Translations under genes and position numbers: made by a program | Notes under the pieces: model-generated | What the model was told of the DNA's origin: nothing | The model's input: the letters and a program-made list of their open reading frames with translations, nothing else | The model's database searches: none | Assembly: GCA_964016885.1 (NCBI GenBank) | Contig: OZ024746.1 | Location: 6,572,001 to 6,636,000, forward strand | Source: Eledone cirrhosa | Lineage: Eukaryota | Direction: 5' to 3' | Length of the DNA: 64,000 nucleotides | Shown here: piece after piece, positions 11,572-25,670 of the stretch | Layout of the letters: the number at the start of each line of letters is the position of its first letter | Position numbering within the stretch: the first letter of the stretch is position 1

Positions 11572-11831
11572 GATTGGCCATCCCCCAGTGTGGTATACTA
11601 CCTACAGTTCTGCAGATTAGCCATCCCCAGGGTGGTATACTACCTACAGTTCTGCAGATTAGCCATCCCCCAGGGTGGTATACAACCTACAGTTCTGCAG
11701 ATTAGCCATCCCCCAGGGTGGTATACTACCTATAGTTCTGCAGATTAGCCATCCCCAGGGTGGTATACTACCTACAGTTCTGCAGATTAGCCATCTCCCA
11801 GGGTGGTATACCACCTACAGTTCTGCAGATT
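11572..11831. repeat. 42/43-bp tandem repeat, about 6 copies
   Basis: Unit attagccatcccc(c)agggtggtatactacctacagttctgcag, head-to-tail with no spacers. Confidence 0.92.
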
Positions 11832-12967
11832 TACCTGTTGAATGTTAATTATCTTGGACATAGATACGGCAGGGTGCCTCTCACAATTACGATACACTAA
11901 AATCTCAGATGTGTTTTGCGGAATGTTCCAACTTAACCATCTGCGATTCCTAAACATCAATATTGTATTTCGATTGTTTATATTGTTTCACGATGAAATA
12001 CTGATAATGTTATACTATTAAATATGTATGGATTTTATAAAGTTGTAAAACATTCATTGTATTAGGAATAATTAAACATTATACAAATACACTTGGAATA
12101 TTTTAATTGTCAACTTAGATTCTTCTCAATTGTTCTAATCAATAATTATCGTCTCTGCTTTGTTAATTATTGGAATGACAAAGAATGATAATGGCAATTA
12201 TTTTTTACATTTTATGCAATGGCTTCTATGGGACTCTAAACGTTTTCGAAGTTGTTCAAATTCTTATTCAATTCTTAAAGACGCTGCTGAACTAATAGAA
12301 TTAAAAAGGGAAATAATTATTCGATTAGAAATTAATCCAAAAAAATATTGAAGCAAATATGTGATACTAAAAAAAATCATATTTCTTTTTATAATTGGCA
12401 ATGTCATTTAAGAGGATATTATAACGAAACCCAAATAACTTAAAATCGATTTCTAATCGCTCATTCTATTCTCCTTAACACTGATATTTTCCTTTCTAAA
12501 TTTTATATTTCTGTCTATTTGAACTGCGCAATACCCCTCTTTATTTAAAATCCATTCAGTAATCAAAGGATGTGGGGGAAAATTATTTTATAAAATTAGA
12601 AAAGAAAGTGGAAAAAAAGAAGAAAACATATTCTAGTGAGTTTGAAAGAATTATTGGGAGCAGTGTTATGGTGAAAGAGGCGGAAAAGTTGTGCACGAAT
12701 ACTATTAAAAACAATCTGGCAAAAGACAATTTTGACAACGATTGCAAACATGAGAAACCGTTCAAAGAATACACGTGATTTGTAAAATTGAATCCATGAG
12801 AGTTTCTGCACCCGTACGTTTTGCTAAAAATATTCATAATATTTTTGTTTGCATCAACTAAAGTGCACACAAACATGCGCACGCACACACACATACATAC
12901 GTACATACATGTATACATATAATATAATACACACACACACATATATATATATATATGTATATAATGA

Positions 12968-13290
12968 ATGCGCTTTGCTTAGTGGTTAAGTTGTTCGGCT
13001 CCCAAATGTAAAGGCATTTGTTCGATTTCCTCTGATGATTCGTTGTGTTCTTGAGCAAGAGACTTTGTTTCACGTTGTTCTAGTGCACTCAACTGGTAAA
13101 AATGAGTTGTACCCGTAATTCATAAACGTTGAATTGTCATGCATTGCGTCATCCTGAATCTACCTCAGAACTACGCTGAGGTTGCACGTGTGTGTGGAAT
13201 GCTCAGCCACTCAGCCAATTGCTTGTTAAAATTCACGAGCAGTCTCTTCTGTTGTTTGAATATCTAAAGCACTCATCGTAGGAACTGACA
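12968..13290 (+). mobile_element. tRNA-derived SINE, family B
   Basis: gcttagtggtt...gttcgatttcc...ttgagcaagagactttgtttcacgttg. Confidence 0.65.
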
Positions 13291-13326
13291 AATGTTTAAT
13301 AACATATTCGTATATAATATATCTAT

Positions 13327-13442
<116 letters not shown>

Positions 13443-13459
13443 CTATATATGTATATCTA

Positions 13460-13508
<49 letters not shown>

Positions 13509-13701
13509 TATAATATATATAAATGTAATGTGAGTTTTTCGAATATTAATAATAACATTCGATTCGTTTGCAGTTATGCAAAAACTCAGATTACATTTAT
13601 TGTATTTAGCTATGTAGAGCGAAAATTTCCTATAGGTATATATATATATATATATATAGGTATATTATATATATATTTATGTGTTTGGAGAGAGAGAGAA
13701 T

Positions 13702-13747
<46 letters not shown>

Positions 13748-13763
13748 AAGAAAGAAAGAAATA

Positions 13764-13807
<44 letters not shown>

Positions 13808-14978
13808 GAAGCAGAAAGAAAGAGAGAAAGATTTTTTTTTAATATTTCGGTCTTTTAATAAATTTTGTTCATCTTTTCCTATTAGTCATCTATACTTGTT
13901 TATAAAAACCGACTTATATCTGAGCATTTCATGTGCTTCATGGTAATATCTTCTCAATAAAATAGTTTAGTTGTATTGATAATGTTGTTTCTATTGTGTA
14001 AAAACAAATCGTGGAATTAATAAATTTCTTTATTCAGAAAAAGGAATTAGTTTAGCCGATCTTTTTCATTGTTTTTTTAATAATTAATTTTCATTTATTT
14101 TATATTTCCTTTTTACATAATCTGGTTCCACGTGATAGGAGATGTAAAATAAAGCAATAACTAAACAATACTTCAGAATCTAAACTATAATAAAATAAGG
14201 AGTGCGGGACTGCATCCAGAATATATTTATTTATCCTGTTAGTAAAATAAGTTGGATTACTTTGAATAAATAATGAATGAATAATACATAATTTATCTAC
14301 TAGTTTTCGTGACTGCTCATTAAATATATTTTATTACTTATTTAAAGATTCACTTCTTTAAAATGTTCAAATGTCAACACTTCCGGTTAGCGATCGCTTA
14401 AATAAGCATTCATATATTTCCGTCACTAATTTTCTCCTAATGCAGTTTATATATAATATCGTCTTTTTTTAATGTATCATGGATTACTTTACTGATTACA
14501 TAAGACAGTGTAACGCAGTCTTCGTTCAATTTCTGTGTATATTGTCAATTACGATTTTATTTGGTGTATCGTATCTACATGTATATATACCTGTGTATAA
14601 TATCAATATGCACACTACACATGCTAGCAGAAAACCACCCGAAGGGTGGCTTTTCTGCTAGTTATAGAGTAATAGAAGTAATATATGAAGGATATATGTC
14701 CGAAACGTTAAGTCTCTTTTCCTATCATTTCAAGCGTTAAACTAATATATTTCCTCATTTTCTGTGTTGTTTTCTTTGTTATTTAGAGCCGCGAACCAGG
14801 ATTTGGGTTGTCATGAATTTTTTCCTAGTCCGTTCCCTTGGACTATTCTGTGTATCAGTCTATCTTTCTATCCATCCTTCTCTCTATCTTTCAGCCTATA
14901 TATCCATCGGTCTATTCATCCATCTATCTATCAATCTATATTTATGTATATATATATATGTATATATATATATATAGT

Positions 14979-15120
14979 GAAGGCGTGTGGCTGAGTGGTT
15001 AGAGTATTGGATTCACAATCGTGAGGTTGTGAGTTCGATTCCTGAACCAGGCGATGCGTTATGTCCTTGAGCAAGACACTTTATTTCACGTTGCTCCTTC
15101 TACCTGGAGTTGCGACCGAT
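14979..15120 (+). mobile_element. tRNA-derived SINE, family B, 5' part
   Basis: A-box tggctgagtgg, B-box gagttcgattcc, then ccttgagcaagacactttatttcacgttgctcc. Confidence 0.8.
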
Positions 15121-15195
15121 AGATAGTATTAGCAATTGGAAAGACCAACGGAAACATAGTTTCCTCGGTCCGATTTGACGAAAGTCGATCGACTA

Positions 15196-15232
<37 letters not shown>

Positions 15233-15305
15233 CATAGTACCCGTCAAAAATGATGGGGTTTATAGCGACAAATGTTTAATCAAATCACTCTCAAGCGTGA
15301 ACCTA

Positions 15306-15392
15306 AAAAGTAAATAACAACAAGAAGGAGTACAGTTACGAAAGGTGTTAGACCTTTCGTAACTGTACTCCTTCTTGTTGTTATTTACTTTT
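15306..15392. repeat. Perfect palindrome with 41-bp arms and a 5-nt loop
   Basis: aaaagtaaataacaacaagaaggagtacagttacgaaaggt-gttag-acctttcgtaactgtactccttcttgttgttatttactttt, lying between TA/TG microsatellites. Confidence 0.92.
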
Positions 15393-15395
15393 CCA

Positions 15396-15443
<48 letters not shown>

Positions 15444-15577
15444 ATTAAGCAAACAGAAGTCTGATGAGCTTTTGATTCCAGAGTCGTGCCCGATTGATAG
15501 GAATCGAAACTTAAGCGTCACGCCTGAATAAACTTAATGAAAATATTTGATACCTCGTCCATACTTATTATATTTAT

Positions 15578-15645
<68 letters not shown>

Positions 15646-16116
15646 TTATGTATGTATGTATGTATGTATGTATGTATGTATGTATATATCTGTATATGTA
15701 TTTATGTATATCATCGATTAGTCAATAAAAACTGCGAAGAGCATCACAAGATGTCAGAAACAGAAGTAATAAAAGTGAATTTGTGTAAACATTCCATCTT
15801 TTCTATATAAACTCATAAAATTCTTTCTTATTAGATATCGTTTAAACACATATTAAACAACATTAACACAATAGCCGTGCAGAAATATTTAGTTCAGTAT
15901 TTGTAAATGTATTTTTTCTGAATGTTGAGGAAATGGTTTTTTTTAATATAAATCCATTAAATGTAGTATGATAAAGGTATTCCTGTATATTCCAACACTA
16001 TGGAACTTCTAGAATTAAGTGTTATTAAATATTTTATTCTATTTAAGAGTTTTACAAACGTGTTATTTTCCTATGTTTCTATTCAAATGTCTACGTAAAT
16101 AAATATTTGAACTTAC

Positions 16117-16281
16117 ATTCGGTAATAATGTTCCATTTCTTATCATGATTGTGCATTGCTAATACCATGTAGGAATGTATAGGAGAACCACCATTATAAG
16201 GATGCAACCACTGGAGTGTTAATGTTGTTGTCTTGCTGCTGTGTGATACAACAGATACACCAGACGGGGGAAATGGAGGAC
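16117..16281 (-). CDS. cntn: Contactin-like exon 8: N-half of FN3-1
   Basis: cttttag|GT...T|gtaagt, phase 1/1. Reads (G)PPFPPSGVSVVSHSSKTTTLTLQWLHPYNGGSPIHSYMVLAMHNHDKKWNIITE. Confidence 0.92.
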
Positions 16282-16409
16282 CTAAAAGAAAACGAAAGTG
16301 ATAATTAATACAGCAGCTGGTTTATTGATTAATTAAAACCTGAGGCTGGCATAATATCTAATACGGTTATCATTTATTCTCCTAATATCTAATATGTTTA
16401 GCATTTATT

Positions 16410-16811
16410 AGTCCCAAATAATATTGGGTGGGGCTTGGAATATGTGGAGGGTTGGAATGAGCGGGGGTGAAATAAGCGGGGGAATCGGTAATTTTTCTAG
16501 GCTGTCTCCGTTGATTTTTTTTTAAATCCAGAATTAGTCATTTAGTTTACATATTGAGACCCCAACCCATCCTATTTATTTTATAACATATGATATTTCT
16601 AGTAATGTACTTTTTTTTGTCATGTATAATGTTTTTTAATGTCTAAAGAAAATTAATTGTCGCAAGAATGCTGCTACTTAAAATAAAATTTCGCCGGAGA
16701 TAGATTAGGAAAATTTAATAAGCTGGGGGTAGAATAAAAGAGTAAGGGTGGAAAAAATCTGAAAAATTAATAAGTGAGGTGGGGATGGGCATTATTCGAG
16801 ACCCAAGAGTA
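16410..16811 (+). mobile_element. Non-autonomous DNA-transposon-like repeat; other copies at 19410-19760 and 51902-51990
   Basis: Long shared sequence among the three loci. Ends tactct..cccaaataat and attattcgagacccaagagta look like terminal inverted repeats (TIRs) with TA termini. Confidence 0.65.
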
Positions 16812-17621
16812 AATGAAATAAACTTTCGAGTCGAATCGACGATTTTGTTTCGATTCCAATGAAGCAGGTTTGTTTAACATTTCTGATGAGGTTATTATCA
16901 TTTTCTACCCTGTTTAATACTGAATTATTAGACCAATAATCACATGGGTTCCAGTCGTTATCATCCAGTCCTATTTTACATACATTGCATTTAATACTAC
17001 ATTAGCAAATGTGCCATTCTTTTTTTAACATAGTAAGGTGTACTATTGCGTGAGATATTGTAGCTATTGTTGTTAAAACTGTAGATTTCATTCTGTCATA
17101 TTGCAATAAATAACCAGCACTGTTCATATATCAAATGTCAATGTTTGAATGTATTCGATTCAACTAGGTTTATGGAAAGATACAACAGACTGCAACCAAA
17201 TAAAGAAATGGAGTTATACAACAGGAAAACGATACGTGAGACTCCCAACCAAACAGACAAATGGATATAGTGACATATGTCAGCTACATAGCATCCATAT
17301 ATAGGGAATACATAGACAGAATCTGACGGCAGATATTACTAATATACATAGACATAAACAAGACAAATGAAATGATTTAAAGTTTCAACTGATTTGATGT
17401 CAGTTAATATTCTGTGGGAGGTATTGTTTTCTGACTCAGGATAAATCTTTAAAATCTGTGAAAAATGAAGACAACATTCATTGTTTTTATCTCCTGTTTT
17501 TGTTCTCCATTTTTTTTTTTTTTTTGTGAGCACGATCATATTGAGGTGGTATGTGGAAATATGGCGATGTTTTATGATATTTTAAAATATATTTAACAAA
17601 TAGCTATATGTATGTTTAGAA

Positions 17622-17785
17622 CAGGCATGGGCAACCTTTTCCGAGTAGTGGGCCGCATAGGATATGGCTCATCATAAGGCGGGCCACACTACTAAAACAT
17701 TCAAGGCAATTTTGATATTAGGTGTGCCATTCAGAAAGCCAAACAGACTGCATGCAGCTCGTGGGCCGCAGTTTGCCCGTGACTG
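17622..17785. mobile_element. hAT-type MITE
   Basis: TIRs caggcatgggcaac and gtttgcccgtgactg. Flanks gtttagaa and gttt(g)agaa approximate an 8-bp target-site duplication (TSD). Confidence 0.75.
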
Positions 17786-18244
17786 GTTTGAGAATATTAC
17801 TGAAAAAAAACCACTCACGCTAGCTACAGGAAGGTTTCCTACTGTGTGGGGAGGCAAGCATACAAGATGCAATAAGCCAAAATGTTTAAGAGATATTTAA
17901 TTATTAAAAATTTGAAAATTTCGTTTAATTCATTCAGTATGCCGGCAGCTATTTTATCTAAGTTATGAATATGCATTTTTTAAAATACAGTTCATTATAT
18001 ATCTTCAGGAAAGCAAAAATGCAAGAACACAATCTCCAGCTAAACAAATATATACACACACAAACATTGTTGAAAAATAAACCTAATTTTGTCATTCCAT
18101 GACTTGGTCAGCCTATGAACTTTTCAGCCGACCCATTGTAGTCCCTAGACTACAAATCAAAAAACGTATTGACATGGCAGGAAAATCTGTGATCGTTGTC
18201 CTACTGGGGCTAAACTACAGTTAATCTTTGTTAATATGAAATGC

Positions 18245-18585
18245 ATGCATGTATGGTCCCGTAACTTGTGAGAGTATCTTAGGGGCGCCATATTGACATA
18301 CGGCGTTTCTATGGCAATTTAAATTCTGGCGGAGCCCATCTCGTCTCCATGTCTGAATACAACAGATTTCTTCCAGAAATGGACAGAGAGAGTGAGAGAA
18401 TGGAAGTAAGAAAGAGATATAGAGGGAAAATCGACCCCAGTACTAGACTGGTATTTTTTTATCGACCTCGAATGGATAAAAGTTAAAGTTGACCTCGGTG
18501 AGATTTGAACTCAGAAAGCAGCAAGCGAAAATAACACAGCAAAGCATTCTATCCGACATTCTAACGACTCTACCAAATCGAACCC
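18245..18585 (-). mobile_element. SINE family A with extended 3' tail; second copy at 43365-43705
   Basis: Shared sequence gtatggtcccgtaact...gacatacggcgtttctatggca...gacctcggtgagatttgaactcag. Confidence 0.75.
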
Positions 18586-18601
18586 CTTTAATATGAAATA
18601 C

Positions 18602-18731
18602 CTTTGACAAATAGATATGCTGCAGCAGCTACTTGATGGGTTGGTGTTATAGCAATACATACATATCGTCCTTTGTGGTACATTTTGGTATCACGTATGT
18701 ATAATCCTTTCATATGTCCATTAAGTTCAGC
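18602..18731 (-). CDS. cntn: Contactin-like exon 7: C-half of Ig6
   Basis: tgtcag|GCT...G|gtattt, phase 0/1. Reads AELNGHMKGLYIRDTKMYHKGRYVCIAITPTHQVAAAAYLFVK(G), with the Ig motif L.I....H.G.Y.C.A. Confidence 0.9.
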
Positions 18732-19966
18732 CTGACATCATGTAAAATATACAAACAGAAAATAGATTTATATTTGGAGGGATTAAGTAGTATAATTTTA
18801 AGTGGTTAACATTTGTGTTTATTTTACAAAGAATAAATGAATGTGTGTCCGTGAAACATACATATACACCAGGTCCTGGCGTTCCATTAGCTCGACTACA
18901 ATATATGGCTTGGACTGTATTGTATGAATGAGGAAAGACAAAGTTCAAACTAGAACCAAAATCTACTTGATCTATCAATCTATTTAAAATAATTCAAACA
19001 GCAAAGTTTTAAAAAATAATGGTCATTTTCTAAATCTTCAAATTTACCTTTGAAATAGTTAAAATATTGATTTGTTTTCGTATATATTTAAAGTGGAAGC
19101 TACATAATCAATATACGTTTTGGGGAATAGTGTGAGAGAAGTGTGAGGTGTATGTCGAAAGCCAAAATCATTCGGTTTCTATGAATAATTATGTTAGATT
19201 GCCTCAGTGTCCATATTTGCTTTCGTAAGTTGAAAAGTAAAAAGATATTAAAGAAAGATGCTATTTGATCTTATAAAGGTGAGCCTAACAATTGGAATAA
19301 TGTAAAACATTGAGGTGACTCTCTACTGTTTCAAACATTATTTACCATCCTACAAATAACCATTGCTCTAACATAAGATCATATATTTCAAGGGAGAATT
19401 ATATAATACTGATACCCAACAATAGGGGATTTGGAATAATTGTGGGGGTGGAATGAGCAGGGTGGGTAGAAAATTGGTAATTTTTCAAGGTTGTCTCTAT
19501 TGATATTTTTAAAAACCAGAATTAGTCATTTAGTTTACATTGAGACCCAACCCATCCTATTTATTTTATAACATATTGGATTTCCTAGTAATGTACTTTT
19601 TTTACATGTATAATGTTTTATAATGTATAAAGAAAATTAATTGTCGCAGGAATGCTACCACTTAAAATAAAATTTCACCAGAGATAGATTAGCAAAGTTT
19701 AACAAGGGGGTGGAGTTATAAGTGCGGGGGTGAAAAAACTCTGAAAAATTAATAAGCTGTATTTTCTTTTATCGAAAGCCAGGAACTTTTCATCACGCTC
19801 TTGTATATTTAAATGAAAGATCATCATGTAATTTGAAGTAACTTAAATGACATATTTAATTTGGTGGTCCACCAGAAGATATAAAATACTTTTGAAGCCA
19901 TTTCTCCATTAAATGTTTCTTAAATGAAATAAAAACAAATGAAGGTCCTTTATGTTAAGTACTTAC

Positions 19967-20130
19967 CATAGAATAGTGTGGGTGGTTCTCAAGATTTAAT
20001 GGGTGTCCGTTAAAGAGCCAATGAAATACGAGATCAACAAAATATGAATGAGAGATTTCACATTGTAGAAAAGCTGTTTCATTAACAGTTACTTCCGTAT
20101 CAATTGGTGGATACGATATAACAACTTGTT
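19967..20130 (-). CDS. cntn: Contactin-like exon 6: N-half of Ig6
   Basis: ttacag|AA...ATG|gtaagt, phase 1/0. Reads (E)QVVISYPPIDTEVTVNETAFLQCEISHSYFVDLVFHWLFNGHPLNLENHPHYSM. Confidence 0.93.
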
Positions 20131-20164
20131 CTGTAATTAATAAAGTATACCAGTTATATGTAAA

Positions 20165-20300
20165 TACGAGGTCTGGCAAAAAAGAAACAGGACTGATGGC
20201 GCAAAAATAAATATTGCAGGTGCAAACCATAAACTACAAGTTTTGCCCTTCGAAATAATCCCCCACGAGTCTAACGCACTTTCCCATCCTTCTCCTCCTT
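20165..20300 (+). mobile_element. Tc1/mariner-like terminal fragment
   Basis: Starts TA-CGAGGTCTGGCAAAAAAG and contains ccttcgaaataatccccc...cgcactttcccatc, which resembles mariner left ends. Confidence 0.5.
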
Positions 20301-21039
20301 CACCTTATAAAAACAACTAGACTTTAATGTGATATATTTACAAATACGTGTTTATATGTCCAGCACATAAAAGTACGACATGCTTTAATTACAAAAGTTG
20401 AATCATATTATATTGACCAATAAGTGAAATCTTATTGCCGAAACCCATGTTCACTCTTTCAATTATTCCTTAGTTTAGTTTCGTTCTCTGTGTGGGAGCT
20501 TATACAAGAATTGTATTCTAAACTAATAAAATTACCTTGGATATATTACATCAAAAGTAGAAATTATATTTAAATAAAACAGTCAAAATATATTTTTTCA
20601 CTAAGAATCTATGCATGTTTTTCGCAAACCTCGATGACGTTTTACGATAATCGTAAATTCTAATCTACAGAGACGAAATCAAAATGAGAAATATCAAAAT
20701 AGAAATATAGAAATAATTGTCTAATATTGCAACAAATTGGAATTGCTAGTTAATGTCAAATACACTGCAATTTTTATGGTTTCTTATGAAGAGGAGTTGA
20801 CGATTATGACTTAACATCTCATACACTTCCGGTAGCTTCTCTAAAAACTATAATGAAAGAGATGAAAAGAGAGAAAACCTTGATTTAAGTGTAGAAATAA
20901 TGTCTAAATGAGTGATTATGAAACAAAATTATTATCAAAGATAATAATTGGTTAGTAATGCCTGATACATTTGTAAAAGTAGATATAAAAGTATTATGTT
21001 CAAGTGTCATTTTTCATCGGCTGAGATTTGTGGAAATCA

Positions 21040-21735
21040 AAAGATTGGCGATATCGGTAGAGGGTCGGACGCTATGCTTTGACGCATAGAGTTACGGCCA
21101 TTTATCATCTGAGTTCAAATCCCGCCGAGGTTAACTTTGCCTTTCATCCTTACGGGTCGATAAAATAAAGTACCAGTAATGTACTGGATAATTGCTGGCC
21201 TTGTGCCAAAAGTAGAAACAATTATTTAGAATAAAGGGCGGTGGATTGGCAGTATCGGCAGAGGGTTGGACGCCATGCTTTGTAGCAAAGAGTTACGGCC
21301 CTTTATGGTCTGAGTTCAAATCCCGCCGAGGTTAACTTTGCCTTTCATCCTTACGAGGTCAATAAAATAAAGTACCAGTGGTACACTGGAGTAATTGCCG
21401 GCCTTGTGGCAAAAGTAGAAATAATTATTTAGAATAAAGTACCAGTAATGTACTGGGTGATTGCTGGCCTTGTGCCAAAAGTAGAAACAATTATTTAGAA
21501 TTGCGTTAGGGCAGTGGCTTGGAAGTATCTGTAGAGCGTCGGACAATATGCTTAGCGGCATAGAGTTACGGCTCTTTACGTTCTGAGTTCAAATCCCGCC
21601 GACGTTAACTTTGCCTTTCATCCTTACGAGGTCGATAAAATAAAATACCAGTTATGCACTGGGGTCAATTTAAACGATTTTCCTTTCCCCCAAAAAAACA
21701 TTATTGGCCTTGTACCTAAATCAGAAACAATTTTT
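21040..21735 (+). mobile_element. Tandem cluster of three SINE family A copies
   Basis: ctgagttcaaatcccgccga.gttaactttgcctttcatcctt occurs three times (about 21108, 21310, 21583), with duplicated tails. Confidence 0.85.
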
Positions 21736-22329
21736 CAGAATGGTGTTAATATCCTTTACCTTGAAGGAAATATTTAACACTTCTCAAGTTTTAGAAATGA
21801 CTTGCTATGCAATCTATTTTTATATAGTAGAGGCATAAACATATATTTAACATTATATACGACATAATCTTTGGCACAGTTCATAAAGCCGGTTCTTTTG
21901 TTGTGTAATTCTCAGAAAGGACTTCGGCGTTTCATGAAGATGTATATGTCTTGCAATGTTTTGTATATGAAAACACAGCGATAATCACTGAAGTTCTCAC
22001 AGAAATGTGTGACGAATTTGAGAAATTGTATTTACATTTATATTTTGAAATGTTGGTTAAACAATGATAAATATTGATTGCCAGCTGAATTGTTTATAGA
22101 AATATTTTTTTTTAATATAAAATATACTGAAGCGAAAACCATACCAAAAAGTGAGTGTGTTTTACTATTTTTGGCAATATTTGGACAACATGACACTCCA
22201 CAAACATAACAACGTTATATGAAGATTTCTACGAAAAAGAGCATAATAGATATTGATTATGTCCCGTATCTATAGGTATCTATAGGTTGGATTGCCAATA
22301 TTTCTTAAATAACAAATTATCATCATCAT

Positions 22330-22680
22330 GGTCCCTTAACCGTTTTCAGGGTCGTTGAGACACTGCATTGTTGAACGCTGCACCAACTGCCCCCATCTCT
22401 GGTGTTCATGGGTGAGTGCTTGGGTTGTGTCCTATCCACCCAGCTATGTTGTCTGTCCACAATTTCCTCTGTTCCACCTTTTCATTCTCCCACACTGTTC
22501 CTTGGAGAATTGTCTTAGGGAGTCCGTCCTATCTTGTCACATCTCCCATACCACCTCAGCTTCCTCCTCTCCAATAGATCTTCAAAGTGGCTCATGTGTT
22601 GGGTGATTATTTTGCAGACCTCGTTGTTTGTGATGTATTCTGTGTAAGAGATTACCAGGATTCTTCTATAACAAATAAAT
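22330..22680 (-). mobile_element. RTE-clade LINE 3' fragment
   Basis: Reads YRRILVISYTEYITNNEV...RRKLRWYG, followed by an (ATG)n-like tail. Confidence 0.7.
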
Positions 22681-23169
22681 TGAGGTAAATTGCTGTACAC
22701 TGTAGTTTACTGAATAATTTTATTTCGGGGCTTCACATGTTTTCAAATCAAATCTCAAAAGCGATCAGTTTACATTATCCACCCACGTTCGATAAAATAA
22801 ATCAAGGGAAGAATTTCTATAACATTGATTTCAGGTCAATCCAAGAAATTCATTTTGTGCTTAGAAGAAAACGAATTATGATTTCGTTGAGGCAACGATA
22901 GAGAGATAATCTGATACAGAATTCATTCAGTGCCCTGATGGTCATTCTCAATTTCTCTCCTTTATTCATAATATATCTTATTTTGACAAGTCTATAAGGC
23001 TAATGTAGTGTTCTCCCATAATTATATTCGTGTGCCGAGATAAAGGGCTCTAGGAAATTAGATGCTATTACTGCCTCACCTTATCTATTTTGATGTAATA
23101 CTCTTCAAGATACAAATCTCAATAATGTTGATATATTTCTAAATCTGGATTCAATGAAAGAACGTATAA

Positions 23170-23233
<64 letters not shown>

Positions 23234-23307
23234 AGTAAGAATATTTTCGAAACAGCGAGTGGGTTTGAAATTATAAATGTAAGCTATAAATATATATATA
23301 TATATAT

Positions 23308-24489
23308 ATTGTTATATTTGGGGAGGGTCATATTTGCGTAATATTGCCAGAATTAATAACAGAACACACTCACTGTTTGGTTGGTTTTCGCTTCTCGCTG
23401 TCTTTTATATCTGCGATCTAACTGACTAGGTCCTCAATGTTGCCATTGACTGACCGGCGGTCAAAAATAATACAGATACAATATAGACACAAACACATAT
23501 ATATAGTTTACATAATTTACATAAATCTTTCGTTGCACATCTGCAACATCGTCAGTGGTGTTATATTCATTGTTCCTCCTGTTGTGTTGTATGTCTACGC
23601 CATTTTTTATTCAGTCTGTCTATATATTTATTTATTTATTTATTTGCTTGTTTGTTTATCTTATTTTATTTTGTCTTCTTTGCGCATGCGTTTGCGTGTG
23701 TGTATAGTGTTATGTGTGATGTGTGACTAGTGTGTATAGTGTTGTGTCTGCTGGGTGACTAGTGTGTGTTTATGTGCTTGTTGTTATTGTGCTTGTGTAT
23801 GTATTTATTTATCTTATTTTATTTTATTTTATTTACTTATTTATACTTCTCTTAGGTCAGTGTTGTTTGTTTGGGTGTTGTTGTTGTTCCACTCATTCTT
23901 TCTGTTTAGCTTTGGTCTTCTAATTTGTATTTCGCTGGCCTCTCTGATTAGCCTATCTGCTGGGTCATTCCTATGTTTAGATATTATTCTAATTTCTATG
24001 TTGTCTATGTTACCGTCATGTTGTTGTCTAGCATGTTCGTATAGTACTGACCCGTTTTTTCGTCCTTTTAGTTCCCCCCAGTGTTGGTCTATCCTTTCAC
24101 CTATGCTACGAGCTGTCTCACCTATGTATGTTGTTGTCATGTTTCTGCAAGTACCCTCTGTACATCTTATGCTATAGACTACGTTTCTAGTTTATCCGGG
24201 GGTTCACCTTACATATGATACATTTCCTATTGGTACAGTGGGTTTTCTTAAAAGGGTAGGTTTTGCTGATCAGGGATTTTATGGTGGTTCCTGGCTTTTC
24301 TACCACCTTTATTTTTAAGTGGGTCTTTCTCAGGGCCTTTCTACACTGGTTAGCTAATTTCCCTCCAGGGGTGGCGTCCACAAACATGACACTCTGATAT
24401 CTCTGGTTGTCGTACCATGATGTGGCCTTCCCTATCTTATGTCTAGCCCTATCTAAGCTATTCCATCTATCTAAACTAATTCATCGCCG

Positions 24490-24490
<1 letters not shown>
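23308..24490 (-). mobile_element. Penelope-like element, family P3, 3' part (GIY-YIG endonuclease and pLTR)
   Basis: Reads VMFVDATPGGKLA, CTNRKCIIC, VYSIRCT...YIGETARS...R..QH. Closely similar to 47150-48120 and flanked by (TA)n. Confidence 0.88.
23527..23560 (-). ncRNA. Hammerhead-like core in the P3 pLTR; second copy at 47357-47390
   Basis: Minus strand CUGACGA-U-GUUGCA-gaug-UGCAAC-GAAAG, identical in both P3 copies. Stems I and III could not be resolved by eye. Confidence 0.5.
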
Positions 24491-24538
<48 letters not shown>

Positions 24539-24583
24539 GTTTGTTTTGAAACAGTGAGCAGGTTTGAAATTAGAAAATATAAA

Positions 24584-24907
<324 letters not shown>

Positions 24908-25009
24908 GTGTGTGGTTATTAATATAATAGATTAAAGTTTAAGCAAAGAATCGCTGCTTTCACCCTTAACGGGATCTTCTGAAACTGTATATATATATAT
25001 ATATATGGA

Positions 25010-25670
25010 TCAGTTCTGTGAGAGAACGAATCGTAGGTGAGGGATGGCGATACGGCCACCAGATATGATGGTTAGTTGCAATGTAAGTGGGATCCTGCTG
25101 GACGAATAAGCAGCCCCGGACCATCAGCGATAAACTACTAAGGGAGATGGAGCGATGGGTGACATTTAATTCCCAAGTAAACTGTCAAAACTGTGTGGTG
25201 CCGCTACGATAAATCGTGTAAAGACCGCCTCTAAAAAAGTCTAGTCTTGGTGGGTCTGAGAAAAGTAACAAATTAGTGACTGGCGCGAATAAGACCACTA
25301 AAATGCTGCAATATATCTAGACACAACAAAGGCAGTTGTACCGCATGACCCTTTGAGTGGGATAACAAGCCTTAGGGAGAGAGACCTGTTCAAAAGATAT
25401 ATTTATTACAGCCTCTAGCCAACGTTGTAATAACTGGCGATGGGCTTATAACCTGTCCCGGGGGGGGGGGGGGGGGTAGATGTACAATATTATGTATCGC
25501 AAGACCCCAAGGAGGGTTCGGAAGGGAGTAAACCTTGACAATTGGTAACTAGAACGTTATAACATCATTTACTGGTAAGGAGCAGGAACTAGGGGAAGAG
25601 GCCGGTTTCTACCCGCAAGATATAGTTGGGGTTTCCTCAACAAAGAGCCGTGGCTCTGGTACTATGAAGT
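25010..25670 (+). mobile_element. RTE-clade LINE 5' fragment (5' UTR and start of APE endonuclease)
   Basis: About 25535-25665 translates as LTIGN*NV...TGKEQELGEEA..Y..DIVGVSSTKSRGSGT, resembling the RTE APE N-terminus. Confidence 0.6.

Noticed and set aside
11572-11831. CRISPR-like array
   Set aside because: Units are head-to-tail without unique spacers, the context is a eukaryotic intron, and there are no cas genes.
14624-14661. Rho-independent terminator-like hairpin
   Set aside because: The context is a eukaryotic intron, so it is more likely another small fold-back.
14981-15055. tRNA gene
   Set aside because: A and B boxes are present, but the sequence runs into a multi-copy SINE core and lacks a clean acceptor stem.
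15455-15525. Hammerhead candidate (CTGATGA...gattcc/ggaatc-GAAAC)
   Set aside because: There is no convincing stem I or cleavage triplet, so it is at best a decayed remnant. Lone CTGATGA at about 16883 and 39255 also lack the other elements.
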